From Archangiaceae bacterium (GTDB lineage: Bacteria; Myxococcota; Myxococcia; Myxococcales; Myxococcaceae), in contig JAYVCD010000210.1 of NCBI GenBank assembly GCA_043750125.1, forward strand, positions 1-11,146: a stretch of DNA of 11,146 nt, read 5' to 3'. A program made the translations under genes and the position numbers. Shown here piece after piece: positions 1 through 8,290 of this stretch; within the stretch, counting starts at the first letter, position 1; every line of letters begins with the position of its first letter. The notes beneath the pieces are model-generated. The model was given only the letters and a program-made list of their open reading frames with translations, was not told where the DNA came from and made no database searches.

Positions 1-940
1 GGCAGGTGGCGCGAACCAGTGAGCTCTGAAACCCGGCGTCCTCGGTGCGCAGGATCCACTGCTGTCCGATCGCGTTCGGGTTGGGCACCGGGCTGTAGAT
101 CTGATTGCCGACGGTCAGCATCCCAAAGCCCATTCCATTGGCGCTGCCGCCGGCCGCAGTGAAGCTGACGGTCGAAAAGACATTGCGGGGAACGTTGACT
201 GGGGTGAAGGCCCCGTTGAGCAGATCGAGATTGATCTGGACGAAGCCTCCATCGACGACCATCAGCGCGGCGGGTCCTCCGTCGCGGTCGAACAACACGA
301 CATCGTTTATTTCACCGGTCGGAAAGGTGCGAAACGCCGGGCCGCCATCGACGTTCAGCGCGAGCGTCGAGCTGCCGCCGCTGGTCACATACCCCCACGC
401 AAAATAGTCGGCGCCGCTCGGGACGTTGAGCACCGAAAGGGGCGAGGCCGCCTCGAAAAAATCCGTCAGCGGCAAGTTGAGGACGTTCCAATCGGTCGTC
501 AACAGACCGGCGGTTGGAGCCGCGCGCTGAAGGCGAACCTGCCCTCCTCCGCTGCGCCAGACGTAGGCATAGAGGGCCCCATTGGCCAGGCGCCGCAGCC
601 GGCCGGTGACCCCCGCGCCGCCCGAAAGAAAGACCTGGCTGGCCCCGCAGCTGCCGGAAAATTGCACGGCGGAGGTCCCGTCCAGCAGGCCGACCAGACA
701 GCCCGGGGCCCTCCAGGCCGCACTGGTGAAACTGCCGATCGCGAATTGTTGAAGCGAGATTCCGGCCGCGCTGCTTCCCGCGAACAGCCCCATCTGTCCG
801 TTCGGGTTGATCGACGAGACCACCGCGAGGCCGGCATCGAGCGTGTCCACATCGGTGGGCGTTCCGGGAATCAGCGAAGACTTCCAGGTCGCGCTCGCGG
901 GCAGCGCAAGCAAGATCGCTGCGGTGATCAGGGCGCGCAT
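1..940 (-). CDS. Secreted beta-rich protein (propeller-like N-terminus), 3'-truncated by the window edge; not in the ORF track
   Basis: Translated by hand from ATG at 940-938: 313 codons with no stop to the window edge (MRALITAAILLALPASA|TWKSSLIPGTPTDVDTLDAG...GMGFGMLTVGNQIYSPVPNPNAIGQQWILRTEDAGFQSSLVRATC). Clear Sec signal peptide ending A-S-A. The ATG overlaps the upstream TGA stop (TGATG). Five DGG/DAG motifs. Confidence 0.9.
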   Translation of the reverse strand, partial: MRALITAAILLALPASATWKSSLIPGTPTDVDTLDAGLAVVSSINPNGQMGLFAGSSAAGISLQQFAIGSFTSAAWRAPGCLVGLLDGTSAVQFSGSCGASQVFLSGGAGVTGRLRRLANGALYAYVWRSGGGQVRLQRAAPTAGLLTTDWNVLNLPLTDFFEAASPLSVLNVPSGADYFAWGYVTSGGSSTLALNVDGGPAFRTFPTGEINDVVLFDRDGGPAALMVVDGGFVQINLDLLNGAFTPVNVPRNVFSTVSFTAAGGSANGMGFGMLTVGNQIYSPVPNPNAIGQQWILRTEDAGFQSSLVRATC

Positions 941-3900
941 CAGTAGGCGGCCTCGGCGCGCAGGTAGGCCCGGTTTCGTTCATCGGGCTGCCCGTCATTG
1001 AGGCCCAGGCCACTGAAGCCCAGCGCGGTGAAGCCTGCGGCGAGCAGGAAGTTCTCGTTGAAGCGATAGCCGACCTCGCCCCGAATCGCGGTGAGCTGCC
1101 CGTCGGAAGCCTGGGATCGCCGCGCGACTTCAGCGGCCAGCTCGAGGCCGGCGATCACCCGCACCGCCGGACGCAGCGACGCAGACAACAACAGGGTGCG
1201 CGAAGACTCGAGGCCGGACCAGGCGGCGTGAAGCCCGGCTCCGAGGGTAAAGCGCGACCCCCATCGAACGGCCGGCATCAGGGACACCAGATCGAGGCTC
1301 CGCTCGGCAAAGCCGCCCTGCGAGGGAGGAGCCAGCTCACGCTGCAGAGTGTACCGCGCCACCACCGCGCCCCAGGAAGGTCGCCACGCCACCGACACTG
1401 TGCCCTCGAGTAGGCGGGCGATCGTCGTCGCGCCCTGGGCGGTGTGCGCGAACTGAAACCGGGCGGCGCCACTGAGCTGCTCGAAAAATCGGACTTCGCC
1501 CCCCGCGGCCGCGACCCACTGCACGAGCGGACCATCGGCGCGCACCTCGCCCCGTCCGAACACCCGGGCGGACGGGCGCACCAGCGAAGCGGTGATTCCT
1601 CCGGCGTCGCGGGTGATCGTCGGCGCATCGTCGAGCACCCGTCGCAAGCCGCGCTCGTAGCGGGCGGAGACTGAGAATCCGGAACCGAGCTCCTGGGTCA
1701 ACCCCACCGCGCGCGACAGCTTGAGCGAGGTCGCGTCATGCGCGGCGAGGTCTTCGACGAACACGGCCGCGGTGGGACCCACCTGCTGGCGAGCGCCGGT
1801 GAACGTGCGGGACTCGCCGAGCGAAGGCGAATCGGCGTCGAAGGCGTGACCGCCGTAGTGGGTCACCTCTCCGTCTTTCCAGCTGGCGTGGCCCCAGACC
1901 TGAGGACCGATGACCGGCCCCCAGCCGCCGCGCACGCCCAGGTCCACCGTTGAGCTCAGGTGCAGATCCACGCCGGCTGAGCTGAACGAGTCGTCCCATT
2001 TTCCGGGCCCGCTTCCCCGCTCGAGGACGCGCTGCTTGTGCCCGGCGATCAGCGTCACCCGATCGCTGACGCGCAAGCGGGCGGACACGCCCACCGAGGT
2101 CCGAGCTCCGGTTCCTTCGACGACGGAAAGCTCGGTGTCGCGCGCTTCGAGCCGAATGCCCCAGCGCTCGGTCTCCCACCCTGCCCCGCCGCCCACCACC
2201 CGGGCGTGGGCGTTGAGGTTGTCGAAGGGCCGGCGCGGGTCCGAGCCGAGCCGGTCGTCGAACAGGCCGGTCACGATGATCGGCCCCAGCGGCTGATTGA
2301 AGCGCGCAGAGATCTGCCGAAACAAGACCGGGTCGAAGTGGGACGAATCTGAAAAGCCCTGGGTGCGCTGCCGGTACGAGGCGTCGAAGAACCCTTTCCC
2401 GAACAGCCCGCTGCTTCGGGCCCGAAGCGTCAGGGCCCAACCATTGGTCGCGGGCCCCTGCGGCCGAATGAACGACAGGCCCCCGTCATCGCTGAACGCC
2501 AGGCCTTCGAAGATGCCTTCCGAGCGCGCCACTTCAGCCCAGAGCGACACCGGCCCCAGCGGAGCGAAAGCCCTCGCATGCAGCAACGAGTAGCCGGCCC
2601 CCCGTTCGGCCACGCCTCCCGCGGCGAGGGTCACCGGGCCTAACTTCCCCGACAGCTCTCCGCCCAGCGCCGCGCCCCGCGAGGCAGCCAGCTCGGTGTG
2701 CTCGTAGTCCACCCACAGCACCGCCGCGCCTCCCGAGGTGAGCGGGTCGAAACCGAGCAGCGGCTGCGAGCCCATCAACGACAGCGGCTGGGTGAGCAGG
2801 ATCCGTCCCGAGAGGTAGTCGATGGTGTAGTCCCGCCCGCGCACCAGGTGGCGTTCCTCGAGGGGAAGGCCGGTGCTGCCGTCGGAAATTTCGACCCGAA
2901 CCAGCTCGCTGCCCTGAACGATCGCAAAGTTCGACAGGTAGTAGAGGCTGCCGCCGGTCGACTCGAAGCGCTCGTGCGCTGCGCGTCGCGACAGGCCCGA
3001 AGTGGGATCTCCTTCGGTCGGCGCGGCGAAGCCCCGAGCCCGAACCTGCACCCACTTCTCGTCGGGACTTCTCACGTCGAGGAAGCCGCCGAACAACGCG
3101 CGGTGGTAGCGGCCGACCTCGGTGTCGCCGACCCAGGCGCGGGTGGTCCCGTAGCCGACGCTGCCGACGCCCTCTTTCGACAGCTCGACCCGGACTCTTC
3201 CGCCGGCCGGGTTGGACGCTTCGATCGCCGCGTCGTCCCCGAAGACCAGCGGGGTGCGAAGCCAGTCGAGGCTGCGCTCGAAGACGCCGACCTCGCGGGT
3301 CCCGACCAGCGCCATCGGTCCTTGCGTTCGCACCCCTTCGACATCGGTGTCGCGCAAATCAATTTCTGCGGCGAGGTCGACCTGGCCAAACAGCCGAGCG
3401 CGCGCCAGGCCCGCTCCTCGTCCGGTCAGCCTGACCCCGGTTCCCAATCGCCCGACGTCCAGCGAGCCTTCGAGATCCAGCATTCCGACGAGCAAGGGCG
3501 CGTTCGACGTCTCGACCGAGAGTGTTGCCGTGACGGCGGGCCGGCCCGGCACTTCCCACTGCACCACCATCGCCTTCGGGGTGGCGGACTTCACCTGCGC
3601 CGAAGCCCGGCCGCTGGGGCCGACCAGGACGCTGTACCCCTCGAAGCTGACTTTCGTGCCGGGAGCAGCCTCGACCGACACCACCGCCCCGGTGGCGATC
3701 GCCGGAGGAATCGACAGCGACCCCAGCGGCTGGGGAAGCATCGGAGCAATCAGCACTCCGCTCGCGCGGCGCACGACTTCCACCCGTTGAGTAAATAACG
3801 CCACCCGACCATCGGCCGACTGCACCACGAGGGGAACTTCATGGGTCCCGGGGCTCAACGAGAGCCACGCCGTCCAGACCCCGGTGGCGGTGACCTCGGC

Positions 3901-4431
3901 GCGGACCTCGGACACCTTGACCGAGCTGCCTTCGGCGACTTTTCCAGTCAATTGAAGTCGCACCCCATCGCCTTCGAGCACTGCGCGGGGAGGCACCTCG
4001 AGCGAAGGCCCCAGGCTCTGCGCGGTCGGGGTCGGCCGACGCACCGCAAAGTCGATGGTTTCCAGCGCTCCCATCGAGATCTCCACCGTCGCGCTTTCGG
4101 GAGTCACCTCCGCTCCGGGGAAAAGCGCGCGGGGGTCGACCTTCAATCGATGGCGACCCTGGGTGAGGCGACCGAAGGTCAGGGCATCGGGCCGGCGGGC
4201 GTCGAGCGCCGCGAAATGAAATCGCCCAGCAGAATCGGTCAGGGCCATGAGCCCGGTCTCCATCACCACCTTCGCCCCGATCAGGCCCGGCTCGTCTGCG
4301 CTGCAGCGGCCGTTGCCGTCGAGGTCCTCGCAGACGCGTCCAACCAGCGCTCCGTCGGTCGTGTATCCGACCGAGCGCACCTGCGCCCACGCGAATGCCG
4401 GCACCACGGCCAGCAACCACGCAGCCCTCAA
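940..4431 (-). CDS. Large outer-membrane protein (1163 aa): signal peptide, SdrD B-like domain, Ig-like segments, very large C-terminal beta-barrel
   Basis: Start reassigned from 4521 to TTG at 4431, which overlaps the upstream stop (TTGA) and gives the signal peptide MRAAWLLAVVPAFAWA|QV. GRVCEDLDGNGRCSADEPGLIGAKV...TDSAGRFHF...LKVDPRAL fits the SdrD B-like pattern. Many amphipathic alternating strands from about residue 310 onward. It ends RAYLRAEAAY, with a terminal aromatic typical of a BAM beta-signal. Confidence 0.88.
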   Translation of the reverse strand: MRAAWLLAVVPAFAWAQVRSVGYTTDGALVGRVCEDLDGNGRCSADEPGLIGAKVVMETGLMALTDSAGRFHFAALDARRPDALTFGRLTQGRHRLKVDPRALFPGAEVTPESATVEISMGALETIDFAVRRPTPTAQSLGPSLEVPPRAVLEGDGVRLQLTGKVAEGSSVKVSEVRAEVTATGVWTAWLSLSPGTHEVPLVVQSADGRVALFTQRVEVVRRASGVLIAPMLPQPLGSLSIPPAIATGAVVSVEAAPGTKVSFEGYSVLVGPSGRASAQVKSATPKAMVVQWEVPGRPAVTATLSVETSNAPLLVGMLDLEGSLDVGRLGTGVRLTGRGAGLARARLFGQVDLAAEIDLRDTDVEGVRTQGPMALVGTREVGVFERSLDWLRTPLVFGDDAAIEASNPAGGRVRVELSKEGVGSVGYGTTRAWVGDTEVGRYHRALFGGFLDVRSPDEKWVQVRARGFAAPTEGDPTSGLSRRAAHERFESTGGSLYYLSNFAIVQGSELVRVEISDGSTGLPLEERHLVRGRDYTIDYLSGRILLTQPLSLMGSQPLLGFDPLTSGGAAVLWVDYEHTELAASRGAALGGELSGKLGPVTLAAGGVAERGAGYSLLHARAFAPLGPVSLWAEVARSEGIFEGLAFSDDGGLSFIRPQGPATNGWALTLRARSSGLFGKGFFDASYRQRTQGFSDSSHFDPVLFRQISARFNQPLGPIIVTGLFDDRLGSDPRRPFDNLNAHARVVGGGAGWETERWGIRLEARDTELSVVEGTGARTSVGVSARLRVSDRVTLIAGHKQRVLERGSGPGKWDDSFSSAGVDLHLSSTVDLGVRGGWGPVIGPQVWGHASWKDGEVTHYGGHAFDADSPSLGESRTFTGARQQVGPTAAVFVEDLAAHDATSLKLSRAVGLTQELGSGFSVSARYERGLRRVLDDAPTITRDAGGITASLVRPSARVFGRGEVRADGPLVQWVAAAGGEVRFFEQLSGAARFQFAHTAQGATTIARLLEGTVSVAWRPSWGAVVARYTLQRELAPPSQGGFAERSLDLVSLMPAVRWGSRFTLGAGLHAAWSGLESSRTLLLSASLRPAVRVIAGLELAAEVARRSQASDGQLTAIRGEVGYRFNENFLLAAGFTALGFSGLGLNDGQPDERNRAYLRAEAAY

Positions 4432-6323
4432 GGCTTGACCTTGGCCAAGCCGATCACCTGGGTCTCGAGGTCGACGACCGAGATCGTGGCGGGTCCTTTC
4501 AATTCGCTCACCCGCACCCACGCCCGACCGTTTTTCATTTCCGGTGAGCTCACCACCCCCGACGACACGCTCACCGCCACCTTGCGCTCAGGCAACAATT
4601 CACCCTGCGCAGACTCGACCCAGTACTGCGCTTCGCTGCCCGAAGCTTCGACCCGGACATTGACCGGAACCGCCGGAGCCACGGTCAGCTCGAGGTTCTG
4701 GGGAGCACTGCCCGGCCGAGATCCTTCCGGGAACACCCATCGGCCCCCGTCGCGAACGTGAACGGTGATCGACAGTCCCGGCCATTCGCTGTGGCCCACT
4801 TCGACTTCGCCATCGACCAGCGGCCCGAGCCGGGCGACCCCGTCGGCCTCGGTCATGATCGTCTGCGTTCCCACCTTCAGCGCCTGGGCAGGAACGGGCA
4901 ACCCGGCAAGGTCCGTCACCGCGGCATGAAGTGACCCGCTCTCGGCCCAGACGACCAGGCGCGCGGGCTCAGTTCCCGCCGGCCCCCAGGCCCGAACGGT
5001 CAGTGTCCGTTTCCCGACCGGCGCCGCAGGTTGCCAATCGACCTTCAACTTCCCAGGAACGCTCTCGAGGGTCGCTGCGAGCTGTCCGGAACCCGCGGTC
5101 ACAGTCAGCAGCGCCCCAGGACGCGGACGCCCCAACGCATCGGCGACTTCCACTCTGAGCGCTGCGCGCCCCCCCAGGTGCACCAGCGGCTCATCGATCG
5201 CGACGCGGGCTTGAACCGCGGGCCCCTGCAGCAATTGAAGGCTCAGATTCTCGTGCGCACTGATGGTCCCCTGGCGCCAGCTGGCGGCCAACGCGTCGGG
5301 CTTGTCGGAAAGCTCTCGCGGAGCCACGTACGTCCATTCGACGACGCCATTCTCGAGCGGTCGCGCGGAAGACAGCGTTCCCTTCGTGGCCACCAGCTGG
5401 ACCTTGGCGCCGGTGGCCACGTTGCCGAACGGGTCCGAGGTCGCGCACATCACCCGCGCCCGCGACACTCCGTCGGCGGGAAGGCGGGTCGGGCTGATCA
5501 CGCAGGCCAGCTGATCCGTCGCGGGCACCTGGAGATCAAACGCAGTCACCCGGCGGTTGCCGAGGCGATCAATCGCGGTGGCCTGACCACTTCCGTACCC
5601 GGGCGGCACCACCACCGGCACTTTGAACCGGCCATCGGGCCCCGCCTGCACGGGTCCGAACTTTTGACCCGCGATCAAGATTGAGAAGTCGGCGTTGGGC
5701 TCGGTCTGCCCCGGCAGCTCGACTGCGCTCGCGAGCGGAACGCGAAGAGCACCGAAGGCGCCGTGCACCGCCTGCGGGTGGGGCCAGGCGGAGAAGGCCA
5801 CCACCACTGCCACTTCGGGGTACCGCGTGGTGGGCAAGACGTAGAGCGCGCGATACCGCCCCGGAGCGACGCGGGCGAGCCCTTCAATCGACCCCACATT
5901 GGCCCGCAGCACGGGAGGGGCCGATTGAGGGTCTGGCTTTCCCTCGGCGCCGAGCACTTCGACTGAGAGCTCCACCGCCGTGTCGCGGTTCTTCACCGGG
6001 GGCGCGCCCACCCACCGCAATGAAATTCGCGAGGCAGGCGGGCCGACTTCGTAGGTGGCCTCTGCGATCAGCCCCTGCGCTTCGGCTTTGAGCTTCAGCT
6101 GCCGAGCGCCAGGTCGGGGCACGACGAGGAAGCCGCGATCGCTGCGGCGAGCGTCCCCGCCTTCGACCCCGAGCTTTGCGTCTCGAGCGGCCTGCGATGG
6201 ACCGCCTTCGCCCACGCGACGAACCGCCACTTCAAACCCATCGGGAGAAACGAAGCCCGCGGGCCCGAGCAATTCGAGGCGGTCGGCAAACGCGGCGCTG
6301 GCAACCAGCAGCGCAACGAGCAT
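4428..6323 (-). CDS. Secreted/periplasmic protein with tandem bacterial Ig-like (invasin/Big_1-type) domains (~631 aa)
   Basis: Long ORF with signal peptide MLVALLVASAAFA|DRL. The segment PTRLPADGVSRARVMCATSDPFGNVATGAKVQLVATKGTLSSARPLENGVVEWTYVAP is a typical invasin/Big_1 module, with similar modules at VEVLGAEGKP...GSI...GRYRALYVLP and VEVADALGRPRPGA. The start is ambiguous: ATG 6323, or TTG 6338 which has AAGG upstream. Confidence 0.85.
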   Translation of the reverse strand: MLVALLVASAAFADRLELLGPAGFVSPDGFEVAVRRVGEGGPSQAARDAKLGVEGGDARRSDRGFLVVPRPGARQLKLKAEAQGLIAEATYEVGPPASRISLRWVGAPPVKNRDTAVELSVEVLGAEGKPDPQSAPPVLRANVGSIEGLARVAPGRYRALYVLPTTRYPEVAVVVAFSAWPHPQAVHGAFGALRVPLASAVELPGQTEPNADFSILIAGQKFGPVQAGPDGRFKVPVVVPPGYGSGQATAIDRLGNRRVTAFDLQVPATDQLACVISPTRLPADGVSRARVMCATSDPFGNVATGAKVQLVATKGTLSSARPLENGVVEWTYVAPRELSDKPDALAASWRQGTISAHENLSLQLLQGPAVQARVAIDEPLVHLGGRAALRVEVADALGRPRPGALLTVTAGSGQLAATLESVPGKLKVDWQPAAPVGKRTLTVRAWGPAGTEPARLVVWAESGSLHAAVTDLAGLPVPAQALKVGTQTIMTEADGVARLGPLVDGEVEVGHSEWPGLSITVHVRDGGRWVFPEGSRPGSAPQNLELTVAPAVPVNVRVEASGSEAQYWVESAQGELLPERKVAVSVSSGVVSSPEMKNGRAWVRVSELKGPATISVVDLETQVIGLAKVKP

Positions 6324-6383
6324 TGCCGAGTTCGCCAAGGCCCGAACCTTAGCTGAGCTGATCAGCCACTCGTGACCGGAAAG

Positions 6384-8096
6384 TTACTTCCGGCCGCGGG
6401 CACGGGCACGGGCGCGAACTGCCTTCGCGGCGCGGCGGTGCATCAACAGCCACGCGGCGACGCCCAGGATGATCAGCACCGTCGGAGCCCCGCCTGCGGC
6501 CGAGCATCCCATTGCAGGGTCCGCCGCGTTCGGCGCAGCGGTCAGGTCATCTTCGTGGTGTCCCGAGGAATCGTCGTCGTGTTCGCCGTCGTCATCATCC
6601 CCGTCGTCGTCTCCATGGTGGTGGATCGAGCCCGGAGGAGGCGTGCCGGCAGCCGTACAAGACTCAGTCAGCGTCGCGACGACGGTCGTGATGCTGTTGT
6701 GGGTGTCTCCATTGTTGACGTGGAGCGTGACGTGATTGGCGGTGACGAGATCGCCGGCTTCGGGGTGATCTCCACAGCCCTGGGTGCTGCACGAGTGGAA
6801 GACGTACTGGCTTGCCTTGGCCAAATCATAGGCAGTCGTGGGATGCGGGCCGCCGAAGCCGCCGCGGTATTTGCAGGTGGTGATCGCGCCCGAGTTCAGC
6901 TGGTAGGTGAAAGTCACCCAGTCGTTCGCGGAATTGCCCGCGGTGACCGCGAGCGTCGCGGGAATCGCGAACTTCATCGCCGGGGTCATCGCCGCCGAGG
7001 CGTCGAGGTAGAGAGTGGGGCTGTATTTCTTGCTCGCAGTGAGAGTGACCGTTCGAGCAAGGCACGCGTTGGGGTTCGGGAGCATGAAGGTGGCGCCCTT
7101 GACGTTGCGCGCCGAGTTGCCGTCTTCGTTGCTCGCCCAGACCACCCGCACCGAACCGTCCGCCAGCACCGTGATGTCGTTGAGCTGCTCGGTAACCGTG
7201 GGAGTGTTGGTGATCTGGTAGAGCCGATTGCCAACGATGTCGTAGACGAAGAGGTCCGTCGTCGAGCCGATCGTCGGCCGGCTTTCGAAGGCGATGAAGT
7301 TTCCGGCGATGCTCGGGTTCCCTTCGAAGCCGGGCAGCTGCAGCTGAGCTTCGGGCCCACCGGCGACCGGGCGCCAGAAGACATCTGAGTTCCCAGCGCG
7401 GAAGGAGTCATAGACGACCAGGGTCCCGTTGGTGTCTGGGTTGCCCTCGGCATTGAGCGAGGCAGAGACGACACCCACAGTCCAGGCAGCGCCGCTCTTC
7501 TTCGCCTGCCAGATGTCGCAGTTGCTCACCGAAGAATTGCAGTGTTCCCAGGTGACGACGTTGCCGTCGGGAGACACCGAAGGGCTCTGATCCGGGTTGG
7601 TGTCGGTGGTGATCCGCTGACGGGTTGCGGTCAACAGATCGTGGATGACGAGCTCTCCGTTGGCTTCGAGATCAAAGTCGATGTACGCGACGGTGTTGCC
7701 GCCGATCGCAGAGCCCAGTCGGGTGGTCGAAGGCGCAGGGTCGATCTCGATCGCGGGCGCGGCCGTCGCAGCGTCGAACACCATCACTGCCGTCGTCAGT
7801 CCACTGATCACGCGCGAGAAGACCACCTTGCTGCCGCTGATGTCTGAGAGCAGGTCCCGGGAGGACGCGCCCATCGGGATCTGGGTGTCGACCCCTGTCG
7901 AGAAGCGGTAGTAGCGAATGCTGAGGTCCGAGCTGTACGCCGCCCAGTCGCCGCTCACGTGGGGGTCGTTCTGATCTCCCGCGCCGGCGTTGATGGTGAC
8001 CGGAAGCAACGTCGGCAGTGCGCCATTTACCGGCACGACAGCCAGTGCCACCGCAGGAAAGATCACCACCGCCATCGCCAACAGAAGCCGGTTCAT
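6384..8096 (-). CDS. MYXO-CTERM-sorted cell-surface protein (570 aa): TolB/PD40-like beta-propeller, Cys-containing beta domain, His/Asp-rich linker
   Basis: Start reassigned to ATG 8096 (SD AAGGGGA upstream; signal peptide MNRLLLAMAVVIFPAVALA). About seven blade repeats (DQNDPHVSGDWAAYS, DLLSDISGSKVVFS, RLGSAIGGNTVAYI, DQSPSVSPDGNVVTWE, EGNPDTNGTLVVYDS, EGNPSIAGNFIAFES, EQLNDIT...VRVVWAS). The C-terminus GCSAAGG + hydrophobic helix + RRAAKAVRARARARGRK is a MYXO-CTERM pattern. Confidence 0.9.
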   Translation of the reverse strand: MNRLLLAMAVVIFPAVALAVVPVNGALPTLLPVTINAGAGDQNDPHVSGDWAAYSSDLSIRYYRFSTGVDTQIPMGASSRDLLSDISGSKVVFSRVISGLTTAVMVFDAATAAPAIEIDPAPSTTRLGSAIGGNTVAYIDFDLEANGELVIHDLLTATRQRITTDTNPDQSPSVSPDGNVVTWEHCNSSVSNCDIWQAKKSGAAWTVGVVSASLNAEGNPDTNGTLVVYDSFRAGNSDVFWRPVAGGPEAQLQLPGFEGNPSIAGNFIAFESRPTIGSTTDLFVYDIVGNRLYQITNTPTVTEQLNDITVLADGSVRVVWASNEDGNSARNVKGATFMLPNPNACLARTVTLTASKKYSPTLYLDASAAMTPAMKFAIPATLAVTAGNSANDWVTFTYQLNSGAITTCKYRGGFGGPHPTTAYDLAKASQYVFHSCSTQGCGDHPEAGDLVTANHVTLHVNNGDTHNSITTVVATLTESCTAAGTPPPGSIHHHGDDDGDDDDGEHDDDSSGHHEDDLTAAPNAADPAMGCSAAGGAPTVLIILGVAAWLLMHRRAAKAVRARARARGRK

Positions 8097-8133
8097 CCGT
8101 TTCCCCTTCTCTGGGGTGCAGGCCCCAGAAACT

Positions 8134-8174
8134 AAAAAGTCCCAGCTTCCTGCGAGAGCAAGGAACCTTGGGAC
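8134..8174 (-). terminator. Intrinsic terminator in the 5' leader (riboswitch expression platform)
   Basis: Minus strand GTCCCA-AGG-TTCC-T-TGC-TCTC-GCA-GGAA-GC-TGGGAC followed directly by TTTTT. It lies between the aptamer and the ATG at 8096. Confidence 0.75.
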
Positions 8175-8190
8175 CGACGAACGAAAACTT

Positions 8191-8274
8191 CCCACGGCGA
8201 CCACGGCCGGCCGAACTTCAGGCCCCGCGATTTTGCGCACCTGGCCTTTCGGCCGGGATTGCCCTTGTACAGGG
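8191..8274 (-). promoter_or_regulatory. c-di-GMP-I (GEMM-I) riboswitch aptamer
   Basis: Minus strand CCCTGTACAAGGGCAATCCCGGCC-GAAA-GGCCAGGTGCGCAAAATCGCGGGGCCTGAAGTTCGGCCGGCCGTGGTCGCCGTGGG matches the class layout GGCAAA-stem-GAAA-stem-GRCGCAAA-P3-GUYRCCG. P2 is CCCGGCC/GGCCAGG with a GAAA tetraloop, P3 is ATCGCGG/CCGTGGT, and P1 is CCCTG/CG(T)GGG. It sits between a promoter and a terminator in the correct orientation. Confidence 0.88.
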
Positions 8275-8290
8275 TCGACTTTGAACCTCG

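Noticed and set aside
4432-4521. N-terminal extension of the 1193-aa ORF
   Set aside because: It overlaps the upstream gene; the TTG at 4431 gives a clean signal peptide and stop/start coupling.
6390-6415. Short tandem repeat (GGGCAC)n
   Set aside because: It simply encodes the RARARAR basic tail; it is too short and in-frame to suggest phase variation or a CRISPR-like array.
8097-8240. N-terminal extension of the 618-aa ORF
   Set aside because: It runs through the riboswitch and terminator; ATG 8096 has an SD and a signal peptide.
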